Source of the DNA: Gemmatimonadaceae bacterium
GTDB lineage: Bacteria > Gemmatimonadota > Gemmatimonadetes > Gemmatimonadales > Gemmatimonadaceae
NCBI GenBank assembly: GCA_045803545.1
Contig: JBJMOW010000005.1
Coordinates: 672,001 to 736,000 of the forward strand
Direction of reading: 5' to 3'
DNA length: 64,000 bases
Made by a program: the position numbers and the translations under genes
Part shown: piece by piece, positions 8,623 to 20,642 of the stretch
Layout of the letters: every line of letters begins with the position of its first letter
Position numbering within the stretch: the stretch's first letter is position 1
Notes under the pieces: model-generated
What the model saw: only the letters and a program-made list of their open reading frames with translations
Told to the model about the DNA's origin: nothing
Database searches by the model: none

Positions 8623-9880
8623 ATCGCATCTGACGACTAGACGGTCGGTCCGCTTCGAGATCCTGCGGGACCCCGTCTGGAATAACATCCGCGTCGATGA
8701 GCTGACTCTGAAGCTCGTCGACACTGACGTCTTTCAGCGTCTTCGCTACGTCCGGCAGCTAGGCTGGACGTATCTGGTCTATCCCGGCGCGACCCATTCA
8801 CGCTTCGAGCACGCGCTTGGAACTCACCACCTGGCGCGCCGCACCCTCGCGCTGCTCTGTGAGTCCGACGAATCGATATCGATCGGCGAGAAGGAGCAGG
8901 CAATTGTGCGATCGGCAGCGCTCCTTCACGATGTCGGTCACTACCCTTTTTCACACGCTCTGGAAGAGATCGGCGCTCTTCATCACGAAGACGTTGCGCG
9001 ATCACTCGTAACCGAGGGGAGCGTTGCCGCGCTGTTGACGAAACATATCGGCGACGATGCGCCCCTTGCGGTATTCGAGCTGATCAGCGGAAGGAGCCCC
9101 AGCGCGTTACAAGGACTCATCTCCGGCTCGTTGGATCTCGACAAGGTCGAGTATCTGAAACGCGACGCGTTCATGTGCGGAGTTCCGTACGGCGAGATCG
9201 ACGTCGATCGCCTGACAAACTCGATGGTTATCGTCGACGATCCGGACACAGGGCGGCGTGCACTTGGTGTGCGGGAGAAAGCCCTTTCTGCACTGGAATC
9301 GCTGTTGTTCGCCAAATACCAGATGTACCGCAACGTGTACTGGCACCACGCCGTGCGGAGCGCGACGGCGATGTACAAACGACTTGTCGAGGATGCGGTT
9401 CAGGATTCGGTGGTCGATGTCCACACCCTTGCCAGATACACCGACGAAGGCTTGATGCACAGACTGGAGAGCGCGCGTCCGACGGTGTTGCTGTCGGCAT
9501 TGAAGGAGCGCCGGTTGTACAAGCGCGCGGCAGAGTGGCCTGCAGCGGAGCTCGATGGTGGGCGGCTGGAGTGGATTGCTACCGATCGGGCTCGAGTAGC
9601 TCGCGCTGAGTCGGCACTCGCTCGCGAGTTCGGACTCGGCGACGGCGAGCTACTGCTGGATTATCCGCAAAAGACCCAAATGCTCGGTCTCGACCTTCCC
9701 GTACTCAGGCGCACTGGAGACGTTGAGCGACTCACCGGCGAGGGATGGAGCGGCACCATCAATCTGCCGTCGCTGTCCGAAGAATTGTACGAGAGTGCGC
9801 GCTGGCTCCGGGTCTTTACCGCCCGACGGACGACGCTGGACAGCGGCCGCGTGCGGGGAGCGCTGGAACGATCGCTCTGA
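8576..9880 (+). CDS. HD-domain phosphohydrolase (dNTP triphosphohydrolase/SAMHD1-like family)
   Basis: 'FQRLRYVRQLG', 'YPGATHSRFEH', 'LLHDVGHYPFSH', 'DLDKVEYLKRD', 'MYRNVYWH'; start codon uncertain. Confidence 0.88.
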   Translation: MEPLTRRSETLGQKSESHLTTRRSVRFEILRDPVWNNIRVDELTLKLVDTDVFQRLRYVRQLGWTYLVYPGATHSRFEHALGTHHLARRTLALLCESDESISIGEKEQAIVRSAALLHDVGHYPFSHALEEIGALHHEDVARSLVTEGSVAALLTKHIGDDAPLAVFELISGRSPSALQGLISGSLDLDKVEYLKRDAFMCGVPYGEIDVDRLTNSMVIVDDPDTGRRALGVREKALSALESLLFAKYQMYRNVYWHHAVRSATAMYKRLVEDAVQDSVVDVHTLARYTDEGLMHRLESARPTVLLSALKERRLYKRAAEWPAAELDGGRLEWIATDRARVARAESALAREFGLGDGELLLDYPQKTQMLGLDLPVLRRTGDVERLTGEGWSGTINLPSLSEELYESARWLRVFTARRTTLDSGRVRGALERSL

Positions 9881-9898
9881 TGGTGCGATATAAAGGGT

Positions 9899-10450
9899 AT
9901 GCCTTCGAAGACACTTTTCGCAGCCTCTCTGCTGCCAGTGTTCGCTTGCGCCTATCCGGTTACTTCAACGGGGTCGGGCGGCGCTGTGCGAGCATCAGTG
10001 GCTACGGCGGCCGAAGCGCACGCTACGGGGTCCGCCTACGGGGCGACTGAAGCACGCATCTTCGATTTGATCAACGCCGAACGACGACACCAGGGGCTCC
10101 GCTCCCTCGTGTTCAACGCGCAGCTGAATCAAATGGCGAGCATTCAGGCGCAGAACATGGCCTACTATCAGAAAATGGCGCACGTGCTGCCGAACGCGAC
10201 GTTGCCCACGCTCGGCGACCGTGCGCACTACGTAGGCTACCCGTTCATGCGTCTCGCCGAGAACGTGGCTTTGGGATATCCGAACGCCGAGACGGTTGTC
10301 GAGGGCTGGATGAACTCGCACGGTCATCGTCAGAACATTCTGGATGCCGGCGTCGTTGAGACAGGAATCGCTATCGCGCGGTCCGCGACCGGCGGGCTAT
10401 ATTTCTGCCAGGTGTTCGGTCGCCAAATGGTAGTCGGCGGGGGACTGTAG
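9899..10450 (+). CDS. CAP (SCP/cysteine-rich secretory) domain lipoprotein
   Basis: 'INAERR', 'AENVALG', 'GWMNSHGHRQNIL', 'YFCQVF'; lipobox-like VFAC. Confidence 0.88.
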   Translation: MPSKTLFAASLLPVFACAYPVTSTGSGGAVRASVATAAEAHATGSAYGATEARIFDLINAERRHQGLRSLVFNAQLNQMASIQAQNMAYYQKMAHVLPNATLPTLGDRAHYVGYPFMRLAENVALGYPNAETVVEGWMNSHGHRQNILDAGVVETGIAIARSATGGLYFCQVFGRQMVVGGGL

Positions 10451-10577
10451 AGCTTAGGAACGGTTGTTTCCAGAGGCTTGTTCACAGTCTAACTTGCTGC
10501 CCCAACGGTACTTATAGCGCTACCGCACAATCGCCCCATGATTGTGACCTACCCGTGCCTGCTACCGTCCTATAGGC

Positions 10578-11282
10578 ATGAGCCGACTCATGTTCTCAAG
10601 CGCCCTGCTGCTCGCCATTTCCGCTCCGGCAATCGCTCAGCAGGCAGGTTTCGCTTCAGCCGACAGCGGTCCCTCACCAGACGCGATCTTCGAGACGAAA
10701 GACGCGGCGATCGTGACCGCCGGACTCCTTCCACTCGCCAAATCTGACCTCCACAAAGGCGAGCGCGAAGTCCGCATCTGGTATTCCGGATTCGGAAACC
10801 CACAGTACCTCGTCATCATTCGCCAGAACGGCGCGAATGTCACCGGACGATTGATGCTTTGGTGGGACCAGTACTACGAAGGTTCAGCAAAGTCCGCGGA
10901 CGCACGCGTCGATAACTTCGTGCGTCACGGCTACGATTGCGGGCAGATCTCCAAGCGCGACTCACAGTTTGGTGAGGATCGCTGGATCAGCTCGATTTGC
11001 CAGGCGAACCTGAAGGGTTCACCAGATTGGAAGGCATTCCTTAGCGAGGTCGAGGCGCACGCGCTGCCGCAGTCGACTGCGGCAACAGCTGACGCTCAGG
11101 ACGACAGCGAGAACTGGGGAATCACCGTTGAGCGCCGCTCCGGAGCGAACTACGGCGTCTCGCATTACAAGACCGCGCTGACTTTCGGAGCCCCCGAGCC
11201 GGGCCGCGGACCGAAGCTGCAGGATATGATTCAGGCCCTGGCCGCATCGGCGCGCAAAGAACCGGTCGTCGCGCAGCACTAG
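10578..11282 (+). CDS. Hypothetical secreted protein
   Basis: 234-aa ORF; Sec signal ending AIA-QQ; followed by a terminator. Confidence 0.7.
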   Translation: MSRLMFSSALLLAISAPAIAQQAGFASADSGPSPDAIFETKDAAIVTAGLLPLAKSDLHKGEREVRIWYSGFGNPQYLVIIRQNGANVTGRLMLWWDQYYEGSAKSADARVDNFVRHGYDCGQISKRDSQFGEDRWISSICQANLKGSPDWKAFLSEVEAHALPQSTAATADAQDDSENWGITVERRSGANYGVSHYKTALTFGAPEPGRGPKLQDMIQALAASARKEPVVAQH

Positions 11283-11292
11283 ACCTCTCGAG

Positions 11293-11323
11293 AAAAGAGG
11301 CCGCCCGTTCGGGCGGCTTTTTT

Positions 11324-11325
<2 letters not shown>
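11293..11325. terminator. Intrinsic terminator, probably bidirectional
   Basis: GCCGCCC-GTTC-GGGCGGC stem followed by T8 and preceded by AAAA; lies between convergent genes. Confidence 0.85.
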
Positions 11326-13501
<2,176 letters not shown>

Positions 13502-13522
13502 CTTTGCAGCTTTGCCTCGCCC

Positions 13523-14716
13523 TTAGCTAGTTGGCGGATTGAACTGAGCGTGCTGGCCCTGCAGCCACGACTTGTGGTAGTTGGGATCTTCGATGTCGAG
13601 TGCCGGCTTCGCGACCTTCAACGGACGGAAGCTATCCATCATTACTGCCAGTTCGTCGGTGTACTTGGCGCCAATGCTTGCTTCGGCCCGCCCCGGATGC
13701 GGGCCATGCGGAATACCATCCGGATGATGCGTGATGCTCCCGAACTCGATTCCCTTGCGGCTCATGAATTCGCTCGACGCGTAGTAAAGCACTTCGTCCG
13801 AGTCGACGTTGCTGTGATTGTACGGAGCAGGCACCGCTTCAGGGTGAAAATCGTAGGGCCGTGGGCAGAACGAGCAGACGACGAATCCATCTCCCTCGAA
13901 AGTCTGATGCACCGGCGGCGGCTGATGCACTCGTCCGACGATCGGCTCGAAATCGTTGATGTTGAACGCCCACGGATAGAAGTAGCCGTCCCAGCCCACG
14001 ACGTCGAGAGGATGATGATCCAGCACGATCTCGTTGATGCCGTCGTACTGCTTCACCAAAATCGGGAAGTCTCCCATCTGATCGATCGGCTCGGTGAAAG
14101 TCGGCAGCCGAATGTCGCGCTCAGAGTATGGCGCGCCTTCCTTGAGCTGTCCGAACTCGTTCCGGTAGCGCTTCGGCCATCTTACGTGTCCGCGACTTTC
14201 GAAGACCACCACCTTGGGTTGCTCGCCACCAAGGTCGAAGCGATATCGATGCAGAATTCCGCGGTGGATGATCAGGTAATCGCCTTCGTGGAACGGAAGC
14301 GTTCCGTATGAGGTCTCGAGAGTGCCCTTTCCCTTGCTGATGTAGACCAGCTCGTCGGCTTGCGCATTCCGGTAGAAGTGCGCGTCGTTCTCGTCCGGCT
14401 CGACGTAGAGCATCGCGATATCCGCGTTGAACAGGAGCGGAATCCGGTCAAGGGTGGCGCTGCCGCCTTTCTTCACGCGCGACGTCAGGAAATGGCGATG
14501 CTTCAGCGTCTGATCCGGGTCGGCCTCGATCCGGCACTCGCGGATCCGTCGCGCCGATTTAACGGTGGTCGGCGGATGGATGTGATACAGCAGTGACGCC
14601 GTGCCGGTGAAACCCTCGTGCCCTACCAATTCCTCAGCGTAGATGCCGCCATCGGGCTTACGAAACGCGATGTGGCGTTTACGCGGAATGCGGCCAAGGG
14701 TGTGATAGATCGGCAT
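13523..14716 (-). CDS. hmgA: Homogentisate 1,2-dioxygenase
   Basis: 'HHPLDVVGWDG', 'HQPPPVHQTF', 'PYNHSNVDSDEVLYY', 'HGPHPG'; adjacent to hppD. Confidence 0.92.
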   Translation of the reverse strand: MPIYHTLGRIPRKRHIAFRKPDGGIYAEELVGHEGFTGTASLLYHIHPPTTVKSARRIRECRIEADPDQTLKHRHFLTSRVKKGGSATLDRIPLLFNADIAMLYVEPDENDAHFYRNAQADELVYISKGKGTLETSYGTLPFHEGDYLIIHRGILHRYRFDLGGEQPKVVVFESRGHVRWPKRYRNEFGQLKEGAPYSERDIRLPTFTEPIDQMGDFPILVKQYDGINEIVLDHHPLDVVGWDGYFYPWAFNINDFEPIVGRVHQPPPVHQTFEGDGFVVCSFCPRPYDFHPEAVPAPYNHSNVDSDEVLYYASSEFMSRKGIEFGSITHHPDGIPHGPHPGRAEASIGAKYTDELAVMMDSFRPLKVAKPALDIEDPNYHKSWLQGQHAQFNPPTS

Positions 14717-14719
14717 CGA

Positions 14720-15844
14720 TCAGAGATTCCCGCGCAGCTCTTGCTCGCGCTCGAGAGCTTCGAACAGCGCTTTGAAATTTCCGGCACCAAAGCTCTTGGC
14801 GCCTTTTCGTTGAATTATTTCGTAAAACAACGTCGGGCGATCCTCCATTGGCTTGGAGAAGATCTGCAACAGATAGCCCTCCTCATCGCGATCTACAAGG
14901 ATGCCGAGCTCACGCAGCATCTTCACATCTTCGTCGATGTGGCCAACGCGCTCTTCGACGGTGTCGTAGTAGGTACCCGGCACGCGCAGGAACTCGACGC
15001 CGTTATCGCGAAGCCTGGTCACGGTGTCGACGATGTTCTCGGTGGCGATTGCGATGTGCTGGCACCCAGGGCCCTGATAGAACTCGAGATACTCATCGAT
15101 CTGGGATTTCTTCTTCCCTTTGGCCGGCTCATTGAGCGGAAACTTGATCCGACCGTTGCCGTTGGCGACGACCTTCGACATCAGCGCCGAGTACTCGGTC
15201 GAGATGGTCTTGTCGTCGAAGGAGATCAGCTGCTTGAATCCAAGGATGTCTGCGTAGTACTTCACCCACTTGTTCATCGCTCCGAGCTCGACGTTGCCGA
15301 CACAATGATCGACGTATTTAAGTCCGACACCGTCGGAGTCGCCGCGACCGGCGAACGGAACGAACCCGGGCATGAACACGCCCCGGTAGTTCTTGCGCTC
15401 GACCAGGCTGTGGATCGTTTCGCCGTAGGTGCGAATTCCCGCAATCACCACTTCGCCGCTTTCGTCGGTGAGCGACTTCGGCTCGTATGCAGGCTGAGCA
15501 CCACGCTCGACCGCCAGCTTGAACGAGGTGCGCGCATCATCGACCCAGAGAGCGATGTCTTTGACGCCGTCGCCGTGTTTGTGGACGTGAGTGGCAATCT
15601 CGCTGTCGGGTCTCAGCGCCGTCGTCAGAATGAATCTGACTTTATCCTGCACTATGACGTAGCTGGCGCGATCCCGCGTGCCCGTCTCAGGCCCCCGGTA
15701 AGCCAGGATTTTGTACCCAAAAACTTGTCTATAGAACTGCGCGGCCTGCTTTGCATTACCGACGTAAAACTCGATGAAATCCGTTCCGTTGATCGGGAAG
15801 GTGTCGGTAACCTGCTCAGGTGCCGTAAGTGTCGCGGTTCCCAT
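14720..15844 (-). CDS. hppD: 4-hydroxyphenylpyruvate dioxygenase
   Basis: 'HGDGVKDIA', 'VDHCVGNV', 'SQIDEYL', 'QHIA', 'YLLQIF', 'FYEIIQRKG', 'FGAGNFKALFE'. Confidence 0.97.
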   Translation of the reverse strand: MGTATLTAPEQVTDTFPINGTDFIEFYVGNAKQAAQFYRQVFGYKILAYRGPETGTRDRASYVIVQDKVRFILTTALRPDSEIATHVHKHGDGVKDIALWVDDARTSFKLAVERGAQPAYEPKSLTDESGEVVIAGIRTYGETIHSLVERKNYRGVFMPGFVPFAGRGDSDGVGLKYVDHCVGNVELGAMNKWVKYYADILGFKQLISFDDKTISTEYSALMSKVVANGNGRIKFPLNEPAKGKKKSQIDEYLEFYQGPGCQHIAIATENIVDTVTRLRDNGVEFLRVPGTYYDTVEERVGHIDEDVKMLRELGILVDRDEEGYLLQIFSKPMEDRPTLFYEIIQRKGAKSFGAGNFKALFEALEREQELRGNL

Positions 15845-15964
15845 GACTTCTCCGGTTCGACGCGATGTTGGTATCGGCTTTTACACTATGCTGACAACTA
15901 CCGTTCCCGAGTGGGGTCGGTGGTCGAGTCTCTAAATTAGCAAATTGAACGCCGGAGGGGGAAC

Positions 15965-16471
15965 TCAAACCAGCTCGAAGACAAGCTCCAACGCACCGCC
16001 CGGCTCGACCGCATCCCACTTCGCGAATAATTCCCCGCGTTTCTGGCGTACCGCGGCCAGGTCATCGTCGGTCAGGACCTTTGGATCCGCGAGCCCCTTC
16101 TCCGTGCAAAATTCAGCGAGCCGCTGATTGACATCATCGGCTCGAGCGAACTCGCCGCTGGCTCGCTCCAGATCGAGGAAGCCGACGATCATCTCGGACA
16201 ACACGGACTCGCCGGGTAAGGGGCCGTGGGGCCACGGCGTGCCGAAATCGGTCAGGTCCCAGCCGCTGGCGACGAGACCGTAAAAACCCCTGCCATGGCC
16301 AAGCACCGTTTCGACCGCGTAATGAGTGAGATCATGCCGCGGAAAGAAAGCCGCCTGCGCGTTCTTCATGCTCTGCCAGGTGGCACTGCCATCGGGGCGC
16401 GTGCAGGAGAGTGAGCTGCGCCCATCGGCGGCCTTCTTGATACGGATTATCAGCGGCTGCGATTCCGACAT
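15965..16471 (-). CDS. Hypothetical protein (HDxxH...E motif)
   Basis: 168-aa ORF co-oriented in the operon; 'RHDLTHYAVE'. Confidence 0.7.
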   Translation of the reverse strand: MSESQPLIIRIKKAADGRSSLSCTRPDGSATWQSMKNAQAAFFPRHDLTHYAVETVLGHGRGFYGLVASGWDLTDFGTPWPHGPLPGESVLSEMIVGFLDLERASGEFARADDVNQRLAEFCTEKGLADPKVLTDDDLAAVRQKRGELFAKWDAVEPGGALELVFELV

Positions 16472-16480
16472 GCTCGCGAT

Positions 16481-17092
16481 CTAATGCAGGGTCTCGCCTT
16501 TCTCCAGCATCTCGAGAAACTTGCGCGAGAGCCTGTCACGGGTTTCCGGCTTTTTCGCAGTCGCCAACCGCCATATGATGGCGTAGCGATTCACGCGACT
16601 CAAAGTTTCGTAGAACGCCTTTGCCTTCGGACGAGCCTCGAGCTCGCGTTCGAACTCGGGTGGCATTATCGCGTTGGCGGGCGAATCATACGCCGATTCC
16701 CAGCGACCATCCTTTTTCGCGCGCTCGATTTCCGCCAGCCCACCCGCTCGCATCCGTCCGCTCTCGATCAGCGCGAGCGCCTTGCCGCGATTGATCACCG
16801 ACCAGAGACTCTTGGGTCTTCTCGGCACAAAGCGATGTAAGTAGGTCTTTTCGCTCTCCGGATGTACCAACGCGTCGATCCACCCAAAGCACAGCGCGCT
16901 GTCCAGCGCTTCCTGATGTGAGACGGACTTGATGCCCGACCCCTTCTTTGCAAAACGGATCCACACGCCTTCAGTTTTGTCCTGGTTCTTTTCGAGCCAG
17001 GCCTCGAAATCCTGTTGAGTCCTGAACGCCCGGATCGGTTTCGGCTCCGTCTTCTTCTTCTTCGCCTTCGCTTTCGTTTTTCTGACGGGCAT
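16481..17092 (-). CDS. YdeI/OmpD-associated family protein
   Basis: 'EALDSALCFGWID', 'PRRPKSLWS', 'AKKDGRWESAY', 'AKKPETR'. Confidence 0.9.
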   Translation of the reverse strand: MPVRKTKAKAKKKKTEPKPIRAFRTQQDFEAWLEKNQDKTEGVWIRFAKKGSGIKSVSHQEALDSALCFGWIDALVHPESEKTYLHRFVPRRPKSLWSVINRGKALALIESGRMRAGGLAEIERAKKDGRWESAYDSPANAIMPPEFERELEARPKAKAFYETLSRVNRYAIIWRLATAKKPETRDRLSRKFLEMLEKGETLH

Positions 17093-17094
17093 GC

Positions 17095-17589
17095 TTACTC
17101 CATATGCATGCCGGCTCGATGATCCGTTCGCTGAAAGGCGAGGAACTCGTGGACGGCCTCTATAGCTGTCGGATTGCTCGTCGCAATTATCACCTCACCG
17201 CCACGCGGGAGATCCTTGGGCGTGTAGGTAATGTCATCGTGCAGCGCGCGCATCTGCTGGGTGCCGGGCACATCTTCCATCGCGTGCACAACACCGGGGA
17301 GTGTGAAATCTCCGGCGGCGAAGGCTTTGGCGATGGTGCGCATGTGCTCGCGGATCACGGCTTCCCCCGCCGAGTCTGCTTCTTTGCGCTGGAGCACGAT
17401 TCGCCCGCCGGTGGGCAGCGGCTCGAAGACGTGCTGCGAGGTGTACTGGTCGACCCCCATCACCGTCGCTCCACGCTGCTGCAGTTTCGCGAACGATGAA
17501 TCCGATGACTGCGCGGTTTTGTTGCGGCCCGAATTGCCTGACGAGCACGCCACAACAGCAATGAGCAGGATGAGTCTTTCTGCCGTCAT
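17095..17589 (-). CDS. Hypothetical lipoprotein with several His/Met residues
   Basis: Lipobox VVAC; 'QQRGATVMGVDQYTSQHVF', 'IREHM', 'VHEFLAFQRTDHRAGMHM'. Confidence 0.72.
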   Translation of the reverse strand: MTAERLILLIAVVACSSGNSGRNKTAQSSDSSFAKLQQRGATVMGVDQYTSQHVFEPLPTGGRIVLQRKEADSAGEAVIREHMRTIAKAFAAGDFTLPGVVHAMEDVPGTQQMRALHDDITYTPKDLPRGGEVIIATSNPTAIEAVHEFLAFQRTDHRAGMHME

Positions 17590-17765
17590 GTTTTCGTTTC
17601 CTTCCCACGCGCTTCGGCGAGCTTCCTGGCTATGCCTCGATAGAACGCAGCGTCGGTGGTTTTTCGCTGCTCGTCCAGACTTATCGCCGCCAGCTCCAGA
17701 GCGTAAAGAATATTTCCGAGGTAGAGCTGAGCGACAGAAGAGACGCTCTCGGTCTCGTCACCCAT
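17586..17765 (-). CDS. Small hypothetical protein (59 aa)
   Basis: MGDETESV...; ATG overlaps the PP2C 3' end and the stop overlaps the next start, consistent with translational coupling. Confidence 0.6.
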   Translation of the reverse strand: MGDETESVSSVAQLYLGNILYALELAAISLDEQRKTTDAAFYRGIARKLAEARGKETKT

Positions 17766-18558
17766 GCGCCGGTGTTGGAGGCGGAGGGACCGGTGTGATG
17801 TCGCGGTCTGTGCCATTCGCCTGCGCGCCGAGCACGCGCACCACGACGGCGGTGATATTGTCGTTTCCGCCGTTGACGTTCGCTTCCTGGATCAGTGCGT
17901 CGACGATGCGCTCAGGCTTCGCGCGGGATAGCAACAGCTGCTGAATCCGTCGGTCGTCGACCATTCCAGTCAGGCCGTCACTCGCCAGCAGAAAAGAATC
18001 ACCGACGCGCGCTTCGCCGTCGAACACGTCGGGGTCGATGTCGTCGGCCATACCAATGCACCGCGTGATGACGTTGCTTTGCGGATGGCGCCTTGCCTGC
18101 TCCGGCGTCAGCAGGCCCGCGTCGACTTGCTCCTGAACCAGCGAGTGGTCCTTGGTGAGCTGGCGCATCTGGCCATCGCGAACGAGATAAATTCGCGAGT
18201 CTCCAACGTGGCCCACGAGATACCGCGTCTCCGACAACAGCAGCGCGGACACCGTGCTTCCCATCCCCAGCTTGTCGCGCTCCGTACGCGTACGCTCGAA
18301 TACAGCGCGGTTGGCGGCGCGCAGCGCGGTGGCAACTCGTTTGTGCGAGTCGCCTGACTGGAGCTCGTTCAGATCGGCCAATTGGTGGCTTACCATCTCC
18401 ACGGCCATCTCGCTGGCAACTTCGCCGGCAGCGTGCCCACCCATTCCGTCCGCGACTATGAATAGACCGCGATATGCGTTGGCCGATGCGTGCAGAGAGT
18501 CTTCATTGCCCTTTCTGATTCGGCCCACATCTGTGCGCGCCGCAACAGCAAGGTGCAC
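17758..18558 (-). CDS. PP2C-type (Stp1/PrpC family) Ser/Thr protein phosphatase
   Basis: 'TDVGRIRKGNED', 'VADGMGGHAAGEVAS', 'HVGDSRIY', 'LLASDGL', 'GGNDNIT'; start set to GTG 18558. Confidence 0.92.
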   Translation of the reverse strand: MHLAVAARTDVGRIRKGNEDSLHASANAYRGLFIVADGMGGHAAGEVASEMAVEMVSHQLADLNELQSGDSHKRVATALRAANRAVFERTRTERDKLGMGSTVSALLLSETRYLVGHVGDSRIYLVRDGQMRQLTKDHSLVQEQVDAGLLTPEQARRHPQSNVITRCIGMADDIDPDVFDGEARVGDSFLLASDGLTGMVDDRRIQQLLLSRAKPERIVDALIQEANVNGGNDNITAVVVRVLGAQANGTDRDITPVPPPPTPAHG

Positions 18559-18657
18559 TAGCAGTTGCTCATTGGAATGAACGATCTGTTGAGTAAATCC
18601 AACCGGAGAAGGACCTTCTTGCCTCAAAGTACGGAAGCGTGAAAAGAGCGGCAAGCG

Positions 18658-20511
18658 TCAGCCCGCCCGTCTGAGCGGCTCTGCGTCGCCTGCCTGCAGT
18701 CGCCAGAGCGTGCTGTAAAGCCCGCCGTGCTCGAGTAGATCACGGTGCGTGCCGCGCTCGACGATCTCTCCGTGGTGAAGAACGAGAATCAGATCGGCGT
18801 TGGCGATGGTGCTGAGACGATGGGCCACTGCAATCGTGGTCCTGCCCGCGACCAGCTCGCTCAATGCGGCTTGAATTTCTGCCTCGATCTCGCTGTCGAC
18901 GGCGCTGGTCGCCTCGTCGAGAATGAGCAGGGGCGCGTTGGCGGCAATTGCGCGGGCGAAGGACAACAGCTGCCGCTCGCCAACGCTGATTGACGCGCCT
19001 CGCTCGGCGAGGACCTGTCGATAGCCCTGAGCGAAGCCGCGAATGATTCGGTCCGCACCAACCCGCTTCGCCGCGGTGGCCACTTCGTCGTCGCTCAGCG
19101 GATTCGAAAGTCGAATATTGGTGGTGACGTCGCCCGCGAACAGGAAAATGTCCTGCTGCACGTAGCCGATCAGCGCGCGCAGCTCGGCGAGCGGCATGTC
19201 TTTGATGTCGACGCCATTGATCGTGATCCGCCCACGTTGCGGATCATAGAATCGCATCAACAGGTTAACGATCGTCGTCTTTCCGGCACCGGTGTGGCCC
19301 ACGAGCGCGATCGTCTCGCCCGGTCGCGCAACGAAACTGACACCCTTGAGAACCCATTCAATGGGCACATTCTCCACCGGTGCTCCGTGCTTCTGTCGGG
19401 CCAGGTGAGCGAGATCATAAGCGAACCAGACGTCCTCGAAACGCACCTCGACGCCGCTGACGCGTTTCAGCACGCCGGTCGTTTGACCTCGATCCGGCAC
19501 GGACGGCACCGTGTCGAGTAGCGTGAAGATCCTTTCCGAGCTCGCCATCGCGGTCTGCAGAATGTTGTACTTCTCCGACAGGTCCTGCAGCGGCTGGAAG
19601 AATCGCCTTACGAGCTGAAGGAAGGCGGCGACGGTTCCGACCGTCAGAAGATTCGCATGGACACGCGACGCGCCCGCAACGATGAGGACCGCCAGCGCAA
19701 TCGAAGTCAGCAGCTCGATCGCGGGAAAGTACAGCGCATACACGGTGATCGACTTGAGTTGCGAGTCCAAATGCTCGCGATTGAGCTCGTCGAAACGGCG
19801 CGCCTCCCTGCCCTCCTGTCCAAAAAGCTGGACGATGCGCATGCCGGTGAGACGCTCCTGCATGAAAGCATTGATGCGAGCGATCCGGACGCGGATGTCG
19901 CGATAAGTCTCTCGTACGCCTTTTCGGAAGAGTCCCGATACCAGAACTACGAACGGAATTACAGCGAACGACCAGAGCGCCATCCGCCAATCCATGATCA
20001 GCATCGCGACGCTGATAGCAACGAGTGTGAACAAGTCGCCGAGGCCGGACACCACGCCCGAGGTGAAAAGCTCGTTGAGAGTCTCGACATCCGACGTCAC
20101 CCGGGTGATGAGTCGCCCCACGGGATTGCGATCGAAGTAAGTCACCGAGAGTCGCTGCAAATGACGGAATATTTCCATTCGCAGATCGCGCATCACTCGC
20201 TGACCGAGCAAGCTTGTCAGCCATGTCTGGCCATACGATGTAAGGAACTCGATAACGAGCGCGCCGAAGAAGAGCGCTGTGCAGATCACGACGGTATGTG
20301 CATCTCGCGCCGGCACTGCGACGTCGATTACACGACGCGTCAGCAATGGACCGACGACCTGGACACCGCCCTCGACGCAAAGGAGAGCAAAAGCGCTGTA
20401 CATCAGTGCGCGATACGGACGCGCATAAACCAACAGACGACGCATCAGTCGTCCGTCGTATGCCTTCCCTAAAACGTCGTCTTCGTGCGCGTGGGTTGCG
20501 GGTAAAGTCAT
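18658..20511 (-). CDS. ABC exporter, fused permease/ATPase (MdlB-like)
   Basis: TM domain plus Walker A 'GHTGAGKT', signature 'ISVGERQ', Walker B 'ILDEATS', 'AHRLST'; start set to ATG 20511. Confidence 0.92.
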   Translation of the reverse strand: MTLPATHAHEDDVLGKAYDGRLMRRLLVYARPYRALMYSAFALLCVEGGVQVVGPLLTRRVIDVAVPARDAHTVVICTALFFGALVIEFLTSYGQTWLTSLLGQRVMRDLRMEIFRHLQRLSVTYFDRNPVGRLITRVTSDVETLNELFTSGVVSGLGDLFTLVAISVAMLIMDWRMALWSFAVIPFVVLVSGLFRKGVRETYRDIRVRIARINAFMQERLTGMRIVQLFGQEGREARRFDELNREHLDSQLKSITVYALYFPAIELLTSIALAVLIVAGASRVHANLLTVGTVAAFLQLVRRFFQPLQDLSEKYNILQTAMASSERIFTLLDTVPSVPDRGQTTGVLKRVSGVEVRFEDVWFAYDLAHLARQKHGAPVENVPIEWVLKGVSFVARPGETIALVGHTGAGKTTIVNLLMRFYDPQRGRITINGVDIKDMPLAELRALIGYVQQDIFLFAGDVTTNIRLSNPLSDDEVATAAKRVGADRIIRGFAQGYRQVLAERGASISVGERQLLSFARAIAANAPLLILDEATSAVDSEIEAEIQAALSELVAGRTTIAVAHRLSTIANADLILVLHHGEIVERGTHRDLLEHGGLYSTLWRLQAGDAEPLRRAG

Positions 20512-20565
20512 TGAGCCGTATCCTAGCCGTGTTGCAAGTGCGACGCTACGCCGCCAAGCCACCCA

Positions 20566-20581
20566 TGGTACGCAGGTTGCA
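20566..20581 (+). promoter_or_regulatory. Sigma-54 (-24/-12) promoter upstream of the GlsB/YeaQ/YmgE gene pair
   Basis: TGGTAC-GCAGG-TTGCA matches TGGYAC-N5-TTGCW. Confidence 0.65.
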
Positions 20582-20642
20582 CCTGCTCGGGGCACCGATG
20601 TTCCATCCTGTCGGCTGAAGAAAACACCACACTGGAGGGAAG

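Noticed and set aside
8576..9880. HD dNTPase as an anti-phage defence gene
   Set aside because: It sits in a housekeeping operon with maeB-pckA and has no defence-island context
10526..10546. Short inverted repeat CACAATC-N7-GATTGTG upstream of the secreted protein gene
   Set aside because: A 7-bp arm could arise by chance and no cognate regulator is nearby
14618..15940. 440-aa + strand ORF antisense to hppD, and similar long shadow ORFs (4844-6301, 19415-20380, 19657-20472, 47123-47887)
   Set aside because: They lie opposite or out of frame within well-supported genes, have no recognisable motifs, and are expected in GC-rich coding DNA
15845..15964. Possible TyrR/PhhR box or riboswitch upstream of hppD
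   Set aside because: Only one TGTAAA half-site and weak pairing; no recognisable riboswitch consensus
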